From the IMG/VR virus record IMGVR_UViG_3300021598_001639: 64,000 nucleotides of DNA; one strand, given 5' to 3'. Below, one piece after another: positions 41,838-51,993 of the stretch. The notes under the pieces were generated by a model. That model worked only from the letters and a program-made list of their open reading frames with translations, did no database searches and had not been told where the DNA came from. Both the position numbers and the translations under genes were made by a program. Within the stretch, counting starts at the first letter, position 1. Every line of letters starts with the position of its first letter. This DNA comes from an uncultured virus (IMG/VR IMGVR_UViG_3300021598_001639) (Duplodnaviria > Heunggongvirae > Uroviricota > Caudoviricetes).

Positions 41838-41885
41838 TGACCAGGTATCAGTTATCAGTAGCCATTATTTAGGAGTACCAAAAAG

Positions 41886-42089
41886 ATGAACTTTACCTTT
41901 TTTGATCTAGGCTATGCAGTGAAATTGACCAATGGGGAAACCGACATTTTACTACAGGGTGAGGATGCTGAAATCTTCTTAAAACAAGTCGATACCCTTA
42001 AGGAATTATGGGAAAATGGCAATCCTAACTATGAAGTTTTCCCTAGCTACGAGAAACATTTAGAAGTTTTGATCGAGCCTTATTTTTAA
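41886..42089 (+). CDS. Hypothetical early protein
   Basis: RBS AGGAG, ORF. Confidence 0.65.
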   Translation: MNFTFFDLGYAVKLTNGETDILLQGEDAEIFLKQVDTLKELWENGNPNYEVFPSYEKHLEVLIEPYF

Positions 42090-42141
42090 TCAGTTCCAGT
42101 TATCAGTTATCGGTAAACATTAACCATTTAGGAGTAGAAAA

Positions 42142-42465
42142 ATGTACCAAAAATTAAGCACCGATGAAGCTATTAAATTACTGAAATATGATCATAGTGC
42201 TGGTTGGTCATGGGAGGGTGCTACAGCTTTAATTGAGTACCTAGAAAACTTAGAGGATAGTGATAAGCCTATCAAATTTGATAGAGTCGCTTTGCGGTGT
42301 GATTTTTCAGAATATGATAGCGTCCTAGAGGCGGCGGAACATTATGATTTTATTCCCCCCGATGATGAGGATGAGGATGAGATAGAAGCGGAGGCACTTA
42401 AATATTTGGAGGATCGGACGACCGTAATTCAATTTGAGGGTGGTGTAATTATTAAGGACTTTTAA
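42142..42465 (+). CDS. Highly acidic early protein
   Basis: WSWEGATALIEYLE..FDRVALRCDFSEY..DDEDEDE. Confidence 0.72.
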   Translation: MYQKLSTDEAIKLLKYDHSAGWSWEGATALIEYLENLEDSDKPIKFDRVALRCDFSEYDSVLEAAEHYDFIPPDDEDEDEIEAEALKYLEDRTTVIQFEGGVIIKDF

Positions 42466-42468
42466 TTA

Positions 42469-42510
42469 ATCAGTTATCAGTTATCAGTTATCAGTTATCA
42501 GTTATCAGTA
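42469..42510 (+). repeat. STRR-type heptamer tandem repeat (TTATCAG)n
   Basis: About five to six tandem units; shorter runs at about 34751, 41559, 41846, 42099 and 42735. Confidence 0.85.
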
Positions 42511-42535
42511 ATTAACACATAATAGGAGTAAAAAA

Positions 42536-42727
42536 ATGAAGGAATATACAGGGAGTTTAAACCTCACAATTGAGGTCACGGTTAAGGCAAAAAACAGAAA
42601 AGAAGCGTCGTCAATGTTTGACGATTTATACACTCAAATCAGCATAGAAAATGACGGGAACCAATTGATAGAGATAGTTAGCGATAATCTGGGATTACTC
42701 GAAAATAGTTGGGATATAGAAGATTAA
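42536..42727 (+). CDS. Acidic early protein, family 3
   Basis: Paralogue of 41610. Confidence 0.65.
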   Translation: MKEYTGSLNLTIEVTVKAKNRKEASSMFDDLYTQISIENDGNQLIEIVSDNLGLLENSWDIED

Positions 42728-42776
42728 GTAGGAGTTATCAGTTATCAGTAAAAAAAGCCAAAAAGTCAAGAGTATA

Positions 42777-42846
42777 TGTGACAGTTTATAAATTGTCACA
42801 ACCTACCAAAAAACCCCTTGACAATCCAAGAGATAAATGACATAAT
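42777..42846 (+). promoter_or_regulatory. Representative early promoter: palindrome plus TTGACA-N17-CATAAT
   Basis: TGTGACAGTTTATAAATTGTCACA then TTGACA 42818 and CATAAT 42841; same module at about 39030, 39564, 40160, 45148, 46397, 47115 and through 48-52 kb. Confidence 0.85.
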
Positions 42847-42877
42847 AGGTACATAAGCAAAAAAACGGGAGTACATC

Positions 42878-43459
42878 ATGAACTATCAACCGCAATATCT
42901 TAAAAAATGGACAGAAGCACCAAATTATTTAGGGATGGATTTAACGGACTTCTATGTAGTAGCGGCTGAATCAGAGCAGAGTGATTCAGTAGATATGAGT
43001 AATTATCGAGTATGGCATCGATTATTTCCAGACTTAGAAGAGTTTAGTTTTGGGGGTTGCATGGAATTTAAAGCTTTAATGATTCATAAAGATTCTTTGC
43101 TATTAGAAGCAATAGATGAGAAAAAGAAAAGCTTGGAAGACTACTCAATACTAGATGAACAAGACTTGTCTGACTTAGAATATGAGCAGTGGTATGAGTA
43201 TTGGTCAAATTGGGGATATATTGAGTGTTTTAAGGAATTGTTAATAGCAATACCTGAGTTAAAAGATGATGAACGAGTAACGAGTCTGGATAATAAGTGT
43301 GTATTAACCAGTGATGAGTTAGGTGAGTTAATTGAGGATTTTGCTAACGATTTTGCGAATCTAGACGATTTTAGTATTAGTTTTAATTTTAGCGAGTCTG
43401 AGAAGGAATTGCTACTGAAAAGACTAGAGGACATTTTAAGCCGAACTGAGGAAAACTAA
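42878..43459 (+). CDS. Highly acidic early protein
   Basis: 193 aa, D/E-rich; terminator hairpin about 43467-43495. Confidence 0.72.
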   Translation: MNYQPQYLKKWTEAPNYLGMDLTDFYVVAAESEQSDSVDMSNYRVWHRLFPDLEEFSFGGCMEFKALMIHKDSLLLEAIDEKKKSLEDYSILDEQDLSDLEYEQWYEYWSNWGYIECFKELLIAIPELKDDERVTSLDNKCVLTSDELGELIEDFANDFANLDDFSISFNFSESEKELLLKRLEDILSRTEEN

Positions 43460-43734
43460 CATAAACAAAAGGGTGAGTTAATGTACTCACCTTTTCTTGT
43501 CTATACCAAACAAGGCAGAAATATGTAGGAGTTGTGTAATAAAGAATGAATAATGCAGGTATGTGTATCAGGTTTGTATATAAGCAAAACTAATAACAAA
43601 GATAAGAAAAAATTATATAAGGTAAAGTTATAGCAAGGGCGGATAGGGATAAGAAAATAAAATACGAAAAGTATTGACACAGGACTGAAAAGATAGCATA
43701 ATGGGTACATAAGCAAACAAAGAGGAAAAAGACA

Positions 43735-44166
43735 ATGTATAGCACAAAATGGACAGAAATACACTATCTGGGAAAACGAAAAAAAGACGGAAAACTAATA
43801 TATATAGCCGCCCCGACATGGGATTGTGATTGGTACTGGTCTTTCGGGTATTTAAGGGCAAAAGGGGAACATTACCACTTGAGCAACTATGGGAATATCA
43901 ACTGGCAAGAGGCTCTAGAAAGAGACTACACTTTAAACGTAAAATTGAGAGGGGATAACCTATGGAAGTTTTACGAACTAGCGAAAACAGCTTATGGATT
44001 AAAGGAAGTAGCGGAAATATTAGGTAGAGGTGGTTCTCATGTAACGGTAAACCCGTTAGCAGAGGTAATCAAAAATAAAGCAGAGGTTGACAGAATCAAT
44101 CAGATAGTATTACCTCAAATATTTGATGCAATAAATGAGATGTTCGAGGTAAGAAAAACACCTTGA
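43735..44166 (+). CDS. Conserved-looking phage protein
   Basis: IYIAAPTWDCDWYWSFGYL...ILGRGGSH. Confidence 0.72.
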   Translation: MYSTKWTEIHYLGKRKKDGKLIYIAAPTWDCDWYWSFGYLRAKGEHYHLSNYGNINWQEALERDYTLNVKLRGDNLWKFYELAKTAYGLKEVAEILGRGGSHVTVNPLAEVIKNKAEVDRINQIVLPQIFDAINEMFEVRKTP

Positions 44167-44218
44167 CAAAGAAATAGGGTAGCCTAAAAAAAGTTACCCT
44201 ATTTTTAGATGTAAATTG

Positions 44219-44989
44219 TTAGTTAGCTACCTTACCATATTTAGGTAAATGACTACGATGTGTTTCAAAGAAACCGGGCAAAACAGCGAAGGAGGTATCT
44301 TTAAACTTAGCGTAAGAACCTTGATGAAGTAATTGAAAAGACTGGTCAATATAATTTTTAGATTGACCGTATTTACCTTCAATCCCAGAATCATCAAGGT
44401 CTGAAACAAGCCACTCGATGGTTTCCTGTCTAAGGTCATCCAAGTCAGGGGGAATAGAAAGTCCTAACATTTTAGCGATAGTGCCGTTAGTTCTAGCGTG
44501 AATTGTCTCGTCCCTGCTAATCTCTGCGGAAACCATAGCTAACTGAGTACCACCTAAACGGCGGTATAAAGTTAAGACCGGAAAAAAGATAGATTGTTCG
44601 GCGACCCAAGTAACTAAAACGGGGTGATATTTCTCTCCCATTTTTAACCATTTAGAGACTAAAGAACGAGATTCAGACTCAATTTGTAGTTTATCAGTAA
44701 GATTAGCTAAAGAGATATTTGAATAGGCATAATTTAACTGAGAGTCATGTTTTTTTTCGTCTTTAAAATTAGAGGCTAATAATAAAATACCGTAATCAGA
44801 TAACCATTTTCTCTCTCGACTAGCACACTCTTTAATCCATTGACCAACGGGTAACTCTAAGTGTCGAGCCTCTAATGCTTTTTGGATAGTTTTTTCCGCA
44901 CCCCGAACACAGTGACCGTTTTGAATAGGCATAACTGCCCAATCTCGTTTAGCGTTTAATAGACGTTGAAAAATTAATTGATCAGACAT
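44219..44989 (-). CDS. nrdB: Ribonucleotide reductase small (beta) subunit, cyanophage type
   Basis: RHLELPVG, NFKDEKKHD, AEQSIFF, EISRDETIH diiron ligands; MPGFFE-like tail (LPGFFETHRSHLPKY). Confidence 0.85.
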   Translation of the reverse strand: MSDQLIFQRLLNAKRDWAVMPIQNGHCVRGAEKTIQKALEARHLELPVGQWIKECASRERKWLSDYGILLLASNFKDEKKHDSQLNYAYSNISLANLTDKLQIESESRSLVSKWLKMGEKYHPVLVTWVAEQSIFFPVLTLYRRLGGTQLAMVSAEISRDETIHARTNGTIAKMLGLSIPPDLDDLRQETIEWLVSDLDDSGIEGKYGQSKNYIDQSFQLLHQGSYAKFKDTSFAVLPGFFETHRSHLPKYGKVAN

Positions 44990-45248
44990 AAAGTTTTTAC
45001 CAGTAAAAAATTTTTCCTTGTATTAAAGGATTGAGTGAACCCCTTGAAGGAAAGATTACCCCTGCATTATAACACAATAAAAAATTTTTAAAAATAAAAA
45101 AATCATGGTAGTATATGCACTAAAAAGCCAAAAAGTCAAGCGGTTATGTGCCAGTTTATAAACTGTCCCAAAACACCAAAAACCCCTTGACATTACAAGA
45201 GATAAGTTACATAATAGAGACATAAACAAAAAACAAGAGTACCCAATT

Positions 45249-45677
45249 ATGAAGTTGTACCAAAAGATTGCAAGAGTTTTAAGTCAAAAAAACAAGTCGC
45301 TAAATGTGATAGAGAAAGAGTTAACTTTGTTGAAAGAGTTATTGCCTAATGGTAATGTAATCGGATTACAACGTCATAACTTATCAACTGTGAGTTGCAT
45401 TATATCCCTAAAATCAACTCACAAAAGAATAGTGATAGACACAGCGTATTGGCATCCAATCATAAGACAATGGACAGAGCATCAAGTAGTAATAACACCT
45501 AGTTTTGAGGACGAAATAAACATCCGAATAACTGGTAAAAATGAGGACAACGTTAAGGACTACTTACATGATATTTTTAGTGAGGCATTAATGAAAGAGT
45601 ATGTAGTTTTTAAAAAGGGCTGGGATGTCAAAGATTCATCAGAAATAGAATCTGAACTAGAATCTGAACTAGATTAA
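45249..45677 (+). CDS. Hypothetical early protein
   Basis: WTEHQVVITPSF..INIRITGKN..VKDYL. Confidence 0.7.
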   Translation: MKLYQKIARVLSQKNKSLNVIEKELTLLKELLPNGNVIGLQRHNLSTVSCIISLKSTHKRIVIDTAYWHPIIRQWTEHQVVITPSFEDEINIRITGKNEDNVKDYLHDIFSEALMKEYVVFKKGWDVKDSSEIESELESELD

Positions 45678-45962
45678 CAGACCAAAAAAGCTAAAGCAGT
45701 GGTAAGAATCACTGCTTTAATCTAAAATAACAATTGCAGGTGTGTGCATGAGGTTAGCACATAATAAAAACTTATTACAAGGATAATCAAAAGTTATATT
45801 AGGTAATCTTATGACGATAGGACAAAATTATAAGCAAAAATAATATTAGATAAACTTATGACAATACCTAAAACAGATAAAAAAAGACAAAACTAAAAGT
45901 ATTGACATTTTTTGAAAAAGATGACATACTATAAACATAAACGAAAACCGGAGTTACCAACC

Positions 45963-46376
45963 ATGACTACACTAGACACAATGATTTTAGATTATATCGC
46001 AATTGGGGCATATTGGGCATTTAACGCTACCGTTGTATTCTTTACCGTAATGATGATAATATCGGGTGTTTTGCACGCATTTTGGGGCATTTTAGAGGGG
46101 GTGGATAGCCGAATATTTTATCCTCAAAACTTGCATAATATGGACACGACCGATACACAAATTGATACCCAAATTCCTAATTTAGAAAATCTAGAGGAAG
46201 ACTTAAATTTAGTGTCTAAAATAGAGTCAATATCTCAAGTGGCGATTAAACAGGAACTGGTAGAATCAGAAGTGGTATCAATCAGACAATTAAAAGTGAT
46301 GGCCAGAGAATTAAAAATTAAAGGTTATGGAAGTATGACAAAACAACAATTGATAGAAAAAATTCAACAGAGTTGA
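45963..46376 (+). CDS. Membrane protein with C-terminal Rho-N (HEH) domain
   Basis: N-terminal TM; SIRQLKVMARELKIKGYGSMTKQQLIEKI. Confidence 0.72.
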   Translation: MTTLDTMILDYIAIGAYWAFNATVVFFTVMMIISGVLHAFWGILEGVDSRIFYPQNLHNMDTTDTQIDTQIPNLENLEEDLNLVSKIESISQVAIKQELVESEVVSIRQLKVMARELKIKGYGSMTKQQLIEKIQQS

Positions 46377-46498
46377 GAAAAAAGTCAAGGGGCTATGTGC
46401 CAGTTTATAAACTGTCCTAAAACACCAAAAAACCCCTTGACAATTCAATAGAACAGTGGCATAATAGACACATAAGCAAAAAATAGGAGTCACCAATT

Positions 46499-46846
46499 AT
46501 GTTTGTAAGATTAAGCTATCACAATATCGACGACCTCTTTATTTTGTTTGATGCTGGGGTTATTGACTTAAAAACTAAGTCTCAGGTATCCCTATCAGAA
46601 ATAGAAGACTATGATAATTTTGGATGGTTAGAGTTAACGAGTAAAAATTTAGAGGCAATTTGTGAATATTGTGCAGAGTTAGGTATAGAGTCTAATGGTT
46701 CATTAGGTGATTTTCGTTACTGGTATTCTGCGGACATGAACTACCATTTAGAGTTAAAAAGTGACCAGTCTGAAAACTTAGAGGTTAAAATTGGAGAAAT
46801 CAACTTAAAGCTAGAGGGGTTAAAATTAATTAAAAACGAAAGCTAA
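46499..46846 (+). CDS. Early protein, family 4
   Basis: LFDAGVIDL.TK.QVSL..IEDYDNFGWLELT shared with 47218. Confidence 0.72.
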   Translation: MFVRLSYHNIDDLFILFDAGVIDLKTKSQVSLSEIEDYDNFGWLELTSKNLEAICEYCAELGIESNGSLGDFRYWYSADMNYHLELKSDQSENLEVKIGEINLKLEGLKLIKNES

Positions 46847-47217
46847 CAAAAAAAAAGGTTGAGAGCAATAGCTCAACCTTTTAATTTGTGTCTAATCGAG
46901 TGCAAGGGTAAATTATCATGTTTGTACCATTTAAAGAATGCGAAAAAAATTGTTTTCACAGTTTAACGGCTTACATAGAATAGCATTGATAGAACTGCTG
47001 ATTCTTATGTTTCTCTGGGGAGTAATCGAGCAGTATAACCATTTCAAAAATGGTGGTACATTAAGAGATAGTGCAAGGGTACAAATTCAGGAAAAATAAG
47101 AGAGCCAGAGGGATTGTGACAATTAAAAAACTGTCACAATCTAATTAAATCTCCTTGACAATTCAATAGAACAGTGGCATAATAGAGAAATAAGCCAAAA
47201 AGTACAGGGGTTAGACA

Positions 47218-47613
47218 ATGATTAAAGTAAGATTAAGCTATACACGACGACTTTATTTGTTTGATGCGGGGGTCATTGACTTAAACACTAAGTGTCAGGT
47301 ATCACTAGATGACATAGAAGACTATGATAATTTTGGATGGTTAGAGTTGACGGCGGATAAATTAGAAAATGTTTGTGAGTATTGTTCAAATTTAGGAATA
47401 GAATCTAATGTTACATTAAGTGATTTTCCTTACTGGGAACTTTCTTACTGGTACTCCTACGACCAAAATTACCGTTTAGATATAAAAAGTGATTCAGGTG
47501 AGGACTTAGGTTTAGTTAATAAAATATTTGAGATAAACTTAGGACTTTGGAAATCCAAGCTAATCAGAGAAAATAAAAATCTAAAACGGATAAATAGTTC
47601 GCTCAATATTTAA
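47218..47613 (+). CDS. Early protein, family 4
   Basis: Paralogue of 46499. Confidence 0.72.
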   Translation: MIKVRLSYTRRLYLFDAGVIDLNTKCQVSLDDIEDYDNFGWLELTADKLENVCEYCSNLGIESNVTLSDFPYWELSYWYSYDQNYRLDIKSDSGEDLGLVNKIFEINLGLWKSKLIRENKNLKRINSSLNI

Positions 47614-47755
47614 GTGAGTGTTTATTTATAAAGCTACAATGAAAAAGAAATCGTGCGGTAAGAAGATTAAAAAGGTTACTCCAAAGCCGGTTAAACCTTC
47701 TAAATAGTCAAGATAAGGACGGTGTATCCCGTCCTATTTTATTAAAATAAAAGTT

Positions 47756-47956
47756 ATGAATCTAATAAAAAATTGGTTAGTAATAATGTCTTCAGTAGGC
47801 TTATTAGGGGTTAGCGTATTGGCTATTCAAAACCCTGACAAATTCGGGCGAAACGTTGTAGAAATAACAGCGGTGCTAATAACGTCAGTTATCACCTTAG
47901 CCAAACAAAGTGATGAACATCCTAAACAAAATGATGAACCGCCTAAGAAACCTTAG
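47756..47956 (+). CDS. Small two-TM protein (holin-like or superinfection-exclusion-like)
   Basis: Two hydrophobic segments, charged tail. Confidence 0.5.
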   Translation: MNLIKNWLVIMSSVGLLGVSVLAIQNPDKFGRNVVEITAVLITSVITLAKQSDEHPKQNDEPPKKP

Positions 47957-48173
47957 AGCCTATTCCAAAAGTGCTAGTTTAAGAGGTATCACACCTGCAA
48001 AAAAGGTCAAAATATCAAGTCCAATTATGCCAGTTTATTAATTGTCACATCTATCACAAAAAAGTCAAAATGTCAAGTAAAATTATGCCAGTTTAGAAAG
48101 TGTCACATATAGTATAGAAAGTTCTAAAAAAGGTGACATAATAGTAATATAAAGAAAAACACAGGAGTTCCAA

Positions 48174-48518
48174 ATGACTAACACGGTAAACGGTGAACTA
48201 ACTTGGTTCAGAATATTAGGGCAAGATTGGAATGGTAAGACTCGTACAATGGAGATAGAGTTAGGCAAGTATGACGTAGGGGAATTAGAAAACTTAGGAT
48301 TAGGATTAGGAGAATCCGAAAAAGAAGCGAGAGAGGTGATAAATCAATGGTTGAGGGCTATAGGTATTTATGAACCTCATGGCTTTTGGAGTGTTGATTT
48401 TAGTTCAGTAACGGATTATGATTGTCAGATTGAGTTAAGTGATGGACACTATTTAAGTGTAAATTGGGAGGACGATAAAAACTATGCTAAGTATCAAGAG
48501 ATACTAAGACTTATCTAA
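48174..48518 (+). CDS. Acidic early protein, family 1
   Basis: Close paralogue of 39658. Confidence 0.78.
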   Translation: MTNTVNGELTWFRILGQDWNGKTRTMEIELGKYDVGELENLGLGLGESEKEAREVINQWLRAIGIYEPHGFWSVDFSSVTDYDCQIELSDGHYLSVNWEDDKNYAKYQEILRLI

Positions 48519-48744
48519 GCTAAATGTCAAGTCCAGATGTGCCAGTTTATAAATTGGCACATCTACCACAAAAAAGTAAAAATGTCAATACCGATTGTGC
48601 CAGTTTATTAATTGTCACATCTACCACAAAAAAGTAAAAATGTCAAGTCAAATTATGCCAGTTTAGAAAGTGTCACAAAGGGTATAGACGTTTCTAAAAA
48701 AAGATGGCATAATAGTAATATAAAGAAAAACACAGGAGTTTCAA

Positions 48745-48888
48745 ATGATTAACCCACTCAGAATCAAATTATCTGCTAAACATATTGTGGCTAAACGGGG
48801 TAAAGAAATAGTAGTGATCTATAATTTTATGCCCACAAATAATTGGAAAAAAAAAGCTAAATGGTTAAAAAAACTATTGTTTAGCTAA
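48745..48888 (+). CDS. Small basic cassette protein (47 aa)
   Basis: Standard cassette promoter and RBS ACAGGAGTTTCAA-ATG; MINPLRIKLSAKHIVAKRGK... Confidence 0.6.
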   Translation: MINPLRIKLSAKHIVAKRGKEIVVIYNFMPTNNWKKKAKWLKKLLFS

Positions 48889-49286
48889 ATGTCTATAGGT
48901 AATGTGCCAGTTTATTAATTGGCACATCTATCACAAAAGGTAAAAATGTCAATAGGTAATGTGCCAGTTTATAAATTGGCACAATAGGACTTAACAAAGA
49001 GTAAAGTCAATGCAGGTGGAAATGTGCCAGTTCATAAAGTGTCACAGCTACAACAAAAAAGTCAAACTGTCAATAGGAAATGTGCCAGTTTAGAAAGTGT
49101 CACAGCTATCATAAAAAGGTCAAAATGTCAATAGGTAATGTGCCAGTTTAGTAATTGGCACATCTACCACAAAAAGTAAAAATGTCAATAGGTAATGTGC
49201 CAGTTTAGAAAGTGTCACATAGGGTATAGACATTTCTAAAAAAAGATGACATAATAGTAATATAAAGAAAAACACAGGAGTTCCAA

Positions 49287-49535
49287 ATGATTTACGACAT
49301 CCCCCTGTTTGAAGTTGAATCCTCTGTCTTAATGTTTGTAGGTTATGAGCCAATTAGCGAAACATTAAGAATAGTATTTAAATCTGGAAGTGAGTACAAA
49401 TATACAGGAGTACCAATTCAGGTGTATCAAAATCTCTGTAATGCAGAATCTATAGGACGAGAGTTCAATCGTACTATTCGTAACAAATACGATTGTACTC
49501 TAGTACAAGAGTTAAAAGTAGCAAGAAAAGCGTAA
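49287..49535 (+). CDS. KTSC-domain protein
   Basis: VESSVLMFVGYE...LRIVFKSGSEYKYTGVP..VYQNL..AESIGREFNRTIR. Confidence 0.88.
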   Translation: MIYDIPLFEVESSVLMFVGYEPISETLRIVFKSGSEYKYTGVPIQVYQNLCNAESIGREFNRTIRNKYDCTLVQELKVARKA

Positions 49536-49819
49536 ATGTCAATAGGTAATGTGCCAGTTTATTAATTGGCACAGCTACCACAAAAAAGTAAAAATGTCAA
49601 GTCCAATTATGCCAGTTTAGAAAGTGTCACAATAGGACTTGACAGAGAGTAAAGTCAATGCAGGTGAAAATGTACCAGTTCATAAAGTGTCATAGCTACC
49701 ACAAAAAAGTCAAAATGTCAAGTCCAATTATGCCAGTTTAGAAAGTGTCACATACGGTATAGACAAATCTAAAAAAAGATGACATTATAGTTATATAGAG
49801 AAAAACACAGGAGTTCCAT

Positions 49820-49975
49820 ATGAAAACTATCGACCTAATAATTTCAGTATTATTTTCAGTATTAATTATCGGACTTTTATTTATGGCTACGATACCTAAC
49901 CAGAAAAAAGTAGAATGTGAAGTTGAAAATCAAAGTCCTGCAACGGTACGCAAAGAATACTTATACATGAGATAA
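49820..49975 (+). CDS. Small single-TM cassette protein (51 aa)
   Basis: Cassette RBS plus MKTIDLIISVLFSVLIIGLLFMATIP... Confidence 0.6.
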   Translation: MKTIDLIISVLFSVLIIGLLFMATIPNQKKVECEVENQSPATVRKEYLYMR

Positions 49976-50149
49976 AAAAGTCAAAATGTCAATAGGTAAT
50001 GTGCCAGTTTAGTAATTGGCACAGCTACAACAAAAAAGTCAAAATGTCAATAGGAAATGTGCCAGTTTAGAAAGTGTCACATATGGCATAGACAAATCTA
50101 AAAAAAGATGACATAATAGTAATATAAAGAAAAACAAAGGAGTTCCACA

Positions 50150-50490
50150 ATTGAGAACACACCCCCTGGAGAAACCATTTCCGACATCTTGAAAGAGAGA
50201 GGAATACCCTTACGAATATTTGCTAATCGGATGGAAATGTCAAGAAAGGAAGCCTTTCGACTGCTGGCAAGTGAAACTGAGATTACAGGTCGTATTGCTT
50301 GCAAATTGCAGTATGCTTTCGGCTTACCTACTGCTCATTTTTGGAAAGAGCGTGAAAGACTTTACCGAGAATCTCTAGCAAATCAAAACAATGTAATGCA
50401 GAATCTAGGGAACAATAGTTCAATCGTACTATCCGAAACAGATACGACTGTACAGTAGTACAAGTGCTAAAAGTAACAAAAAAAGCGTAA
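50150..50490 (+). pseudogene. HigA-like XRE antitoxin fragment fused to the 3' end of a KTSC gene copy; lacks an ATG start
   Basis: PPGETISDILKERG...EIT..IA.KL..AFG.P.AHFW.ERERLYRESL; 50392-50490 is DNA-homologous to 49437-49535. Confidence 0.72.
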
Positions 50491-50716
50491 ATGTCAAGTC
50501 CAGATGTGCCAGTTTATTAATTGGCACAATAGGACTTAACAAAAAGCAAAGTTTATGCAGGAAGTAATGAACCAGTTTAAAAAGAGTCACATCTACCACA
50601 AAAAGGTCAAAATGTCAAGTCAAATTATGCCAGTTTAGAAAGTGTCACATACGGTATAGACAATTCTAAAAGAAGATGATATAATAGTAATATAAAGAAA
50701 AACAAAGGAGTTCCGC

Positions 50717-51472
50717 ATGAGTTACGACACCTTCCTGATTGAAGTTAAATCCTCTGACTTATTAGCTGTCGGTTATGAACAGCTATTAAAAAACATGGCT
50801 AGTAATTTTCAAGATAAACTACCGGTAGTTATCTCAATTGGTGCTAAAGATGCGGGAAAAACCTTTAATTATATTCAGCTATCTCGCCTACAGTCTTGGG
50901 GAAATTTTTTAAATAAAGTTGATCCTAAAAATCAAGAAAATTCCGGAGAAAATCTGGGTTTAATATTTCCTTTACTCCAATCACAAAATTTAAATGATAA
51001 GTCCAAAAATATTCTTGAACAAGCACGGCTAAATGTAAATAATACACTCAATCATAATTGTCAATTTTCCATATCGGATTTTAAAGACAGAATAACGCAG
51101 TCTCTATCTAATCAAGATTGGAACGAGGTAGATTGGGCAAAATTTTGGGTCAAAGAATTTTCGAGAGTTTTAGGGTATAATCAGGAAAATTATCAACTAA
51201 ATAAACTGCATGAATACCTTAAACAAAAAAACTCGAAGATTATATTTTTAATTGATGGATTAGAAGATGCTTTTCCTAATGTCGCCAATGATAACGATAA
51301 CCTTCAACGAAAAGCCTTGAAAGCTTTGATCGATCATTTACCGAATAAATTAACAGAAATTAAGCAATCTAATCTAGGATTGATTGTCTTTCTGCGTCGA
51401 GATTTCTTGAGATATACAATCACACAAAACTCAGCACAATTTGAAAACTTATATCGTGAATACCGTTTTTAG
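50717..51472 (+). CDS. Chimera: KTSC N-terminus fused to an internal fragment of a cyanobacterial P-loop NTPase
   Basis: MSYDTFLIEVKSSDLLAVGYE resembles the 49287 start; then SIGAKDAGKT (Walker A-like) and IIFLIDGLED (Walker B). Confidence 0.72.
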   Translation: MSYDTFLIEVKSSDLLAVGYEQLLKNMASNFQDKLPVVISIGAKDAGKTFNYIQLSRLQSWGNFLNKVDPKNQENSGENLGLIFPLLQSQNLNDKSKNILEQARLNVNNTLNHNCQFSISDFKDRITQSLSNQDWNEVDWAKFWVKEFSRVLGYNQENYQLNKLHEYLKQKNSKIIFLIDGLEDAFPNVANDNDNLQRKALKALIDHLPNKLTEIKQSNLGLIVFLRRDFLRYTITQNSAQFENLYREYRF

Positions 51473-51827
51473 TGAAGACGGCAAACTACTAAAGAGTCAA
51501 TAGGAAATGTGCCAGTTTAGTAATTGGCACATCTACCACAAAAAGTAAAAATGTCAATAGGTAATGTGCCAGTTTATAAAGTGTCACATCTACCACAAAA
51601 AAGTAAAAATGTCAATAGGAAATGTGCCAGTTCATAAAGTGTCACATCTACCACAAAAAAGTAAAAATGTCAATAGGAAATGTGCCAGTTCATAAAGTGT
51701 CACAGCTACAACAAAAAAGTAAAAATGTCAATAGGTAATGTGCCAGTTTAGAAAGTGTCACATATGGCATAGACAAATCTAAAAAAAGATGACATAATAG
51801 TAATATAAAGAAAAACAAAGGAGTTCC

Positions 51828-51993
51828 TCGGATGGAAATGTCAAGAAAGGAAGCCTTTCGACTGCTGGCAAGTGAAACCGAGATTACTGATAGTATTGCT
51901 TGCAAATTGGAGAATGCTTTCGGTTTACCTAATGCTCATTTTTGGATATTGAGTGAAGAGCTTTACCGAGAATCTCTAGCAAGAAAAGCGTAA
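51828..51993 (+). pseudogene. Second, 5'-truncated HigA-like fragment in a cassette
   Basis: DNA nearly identical to 50228-50380, ending in the KTSC terminus GCAAGAAAAGCGTAA. Confidence 0.72.

Noticed and set aside
47860..47869. Self-target of the second omegaRNA guide (AGAAATAACA)
   Set aside because: Only a 10-nt match in AT-rich DNA, with no TGGG-like motif upstream
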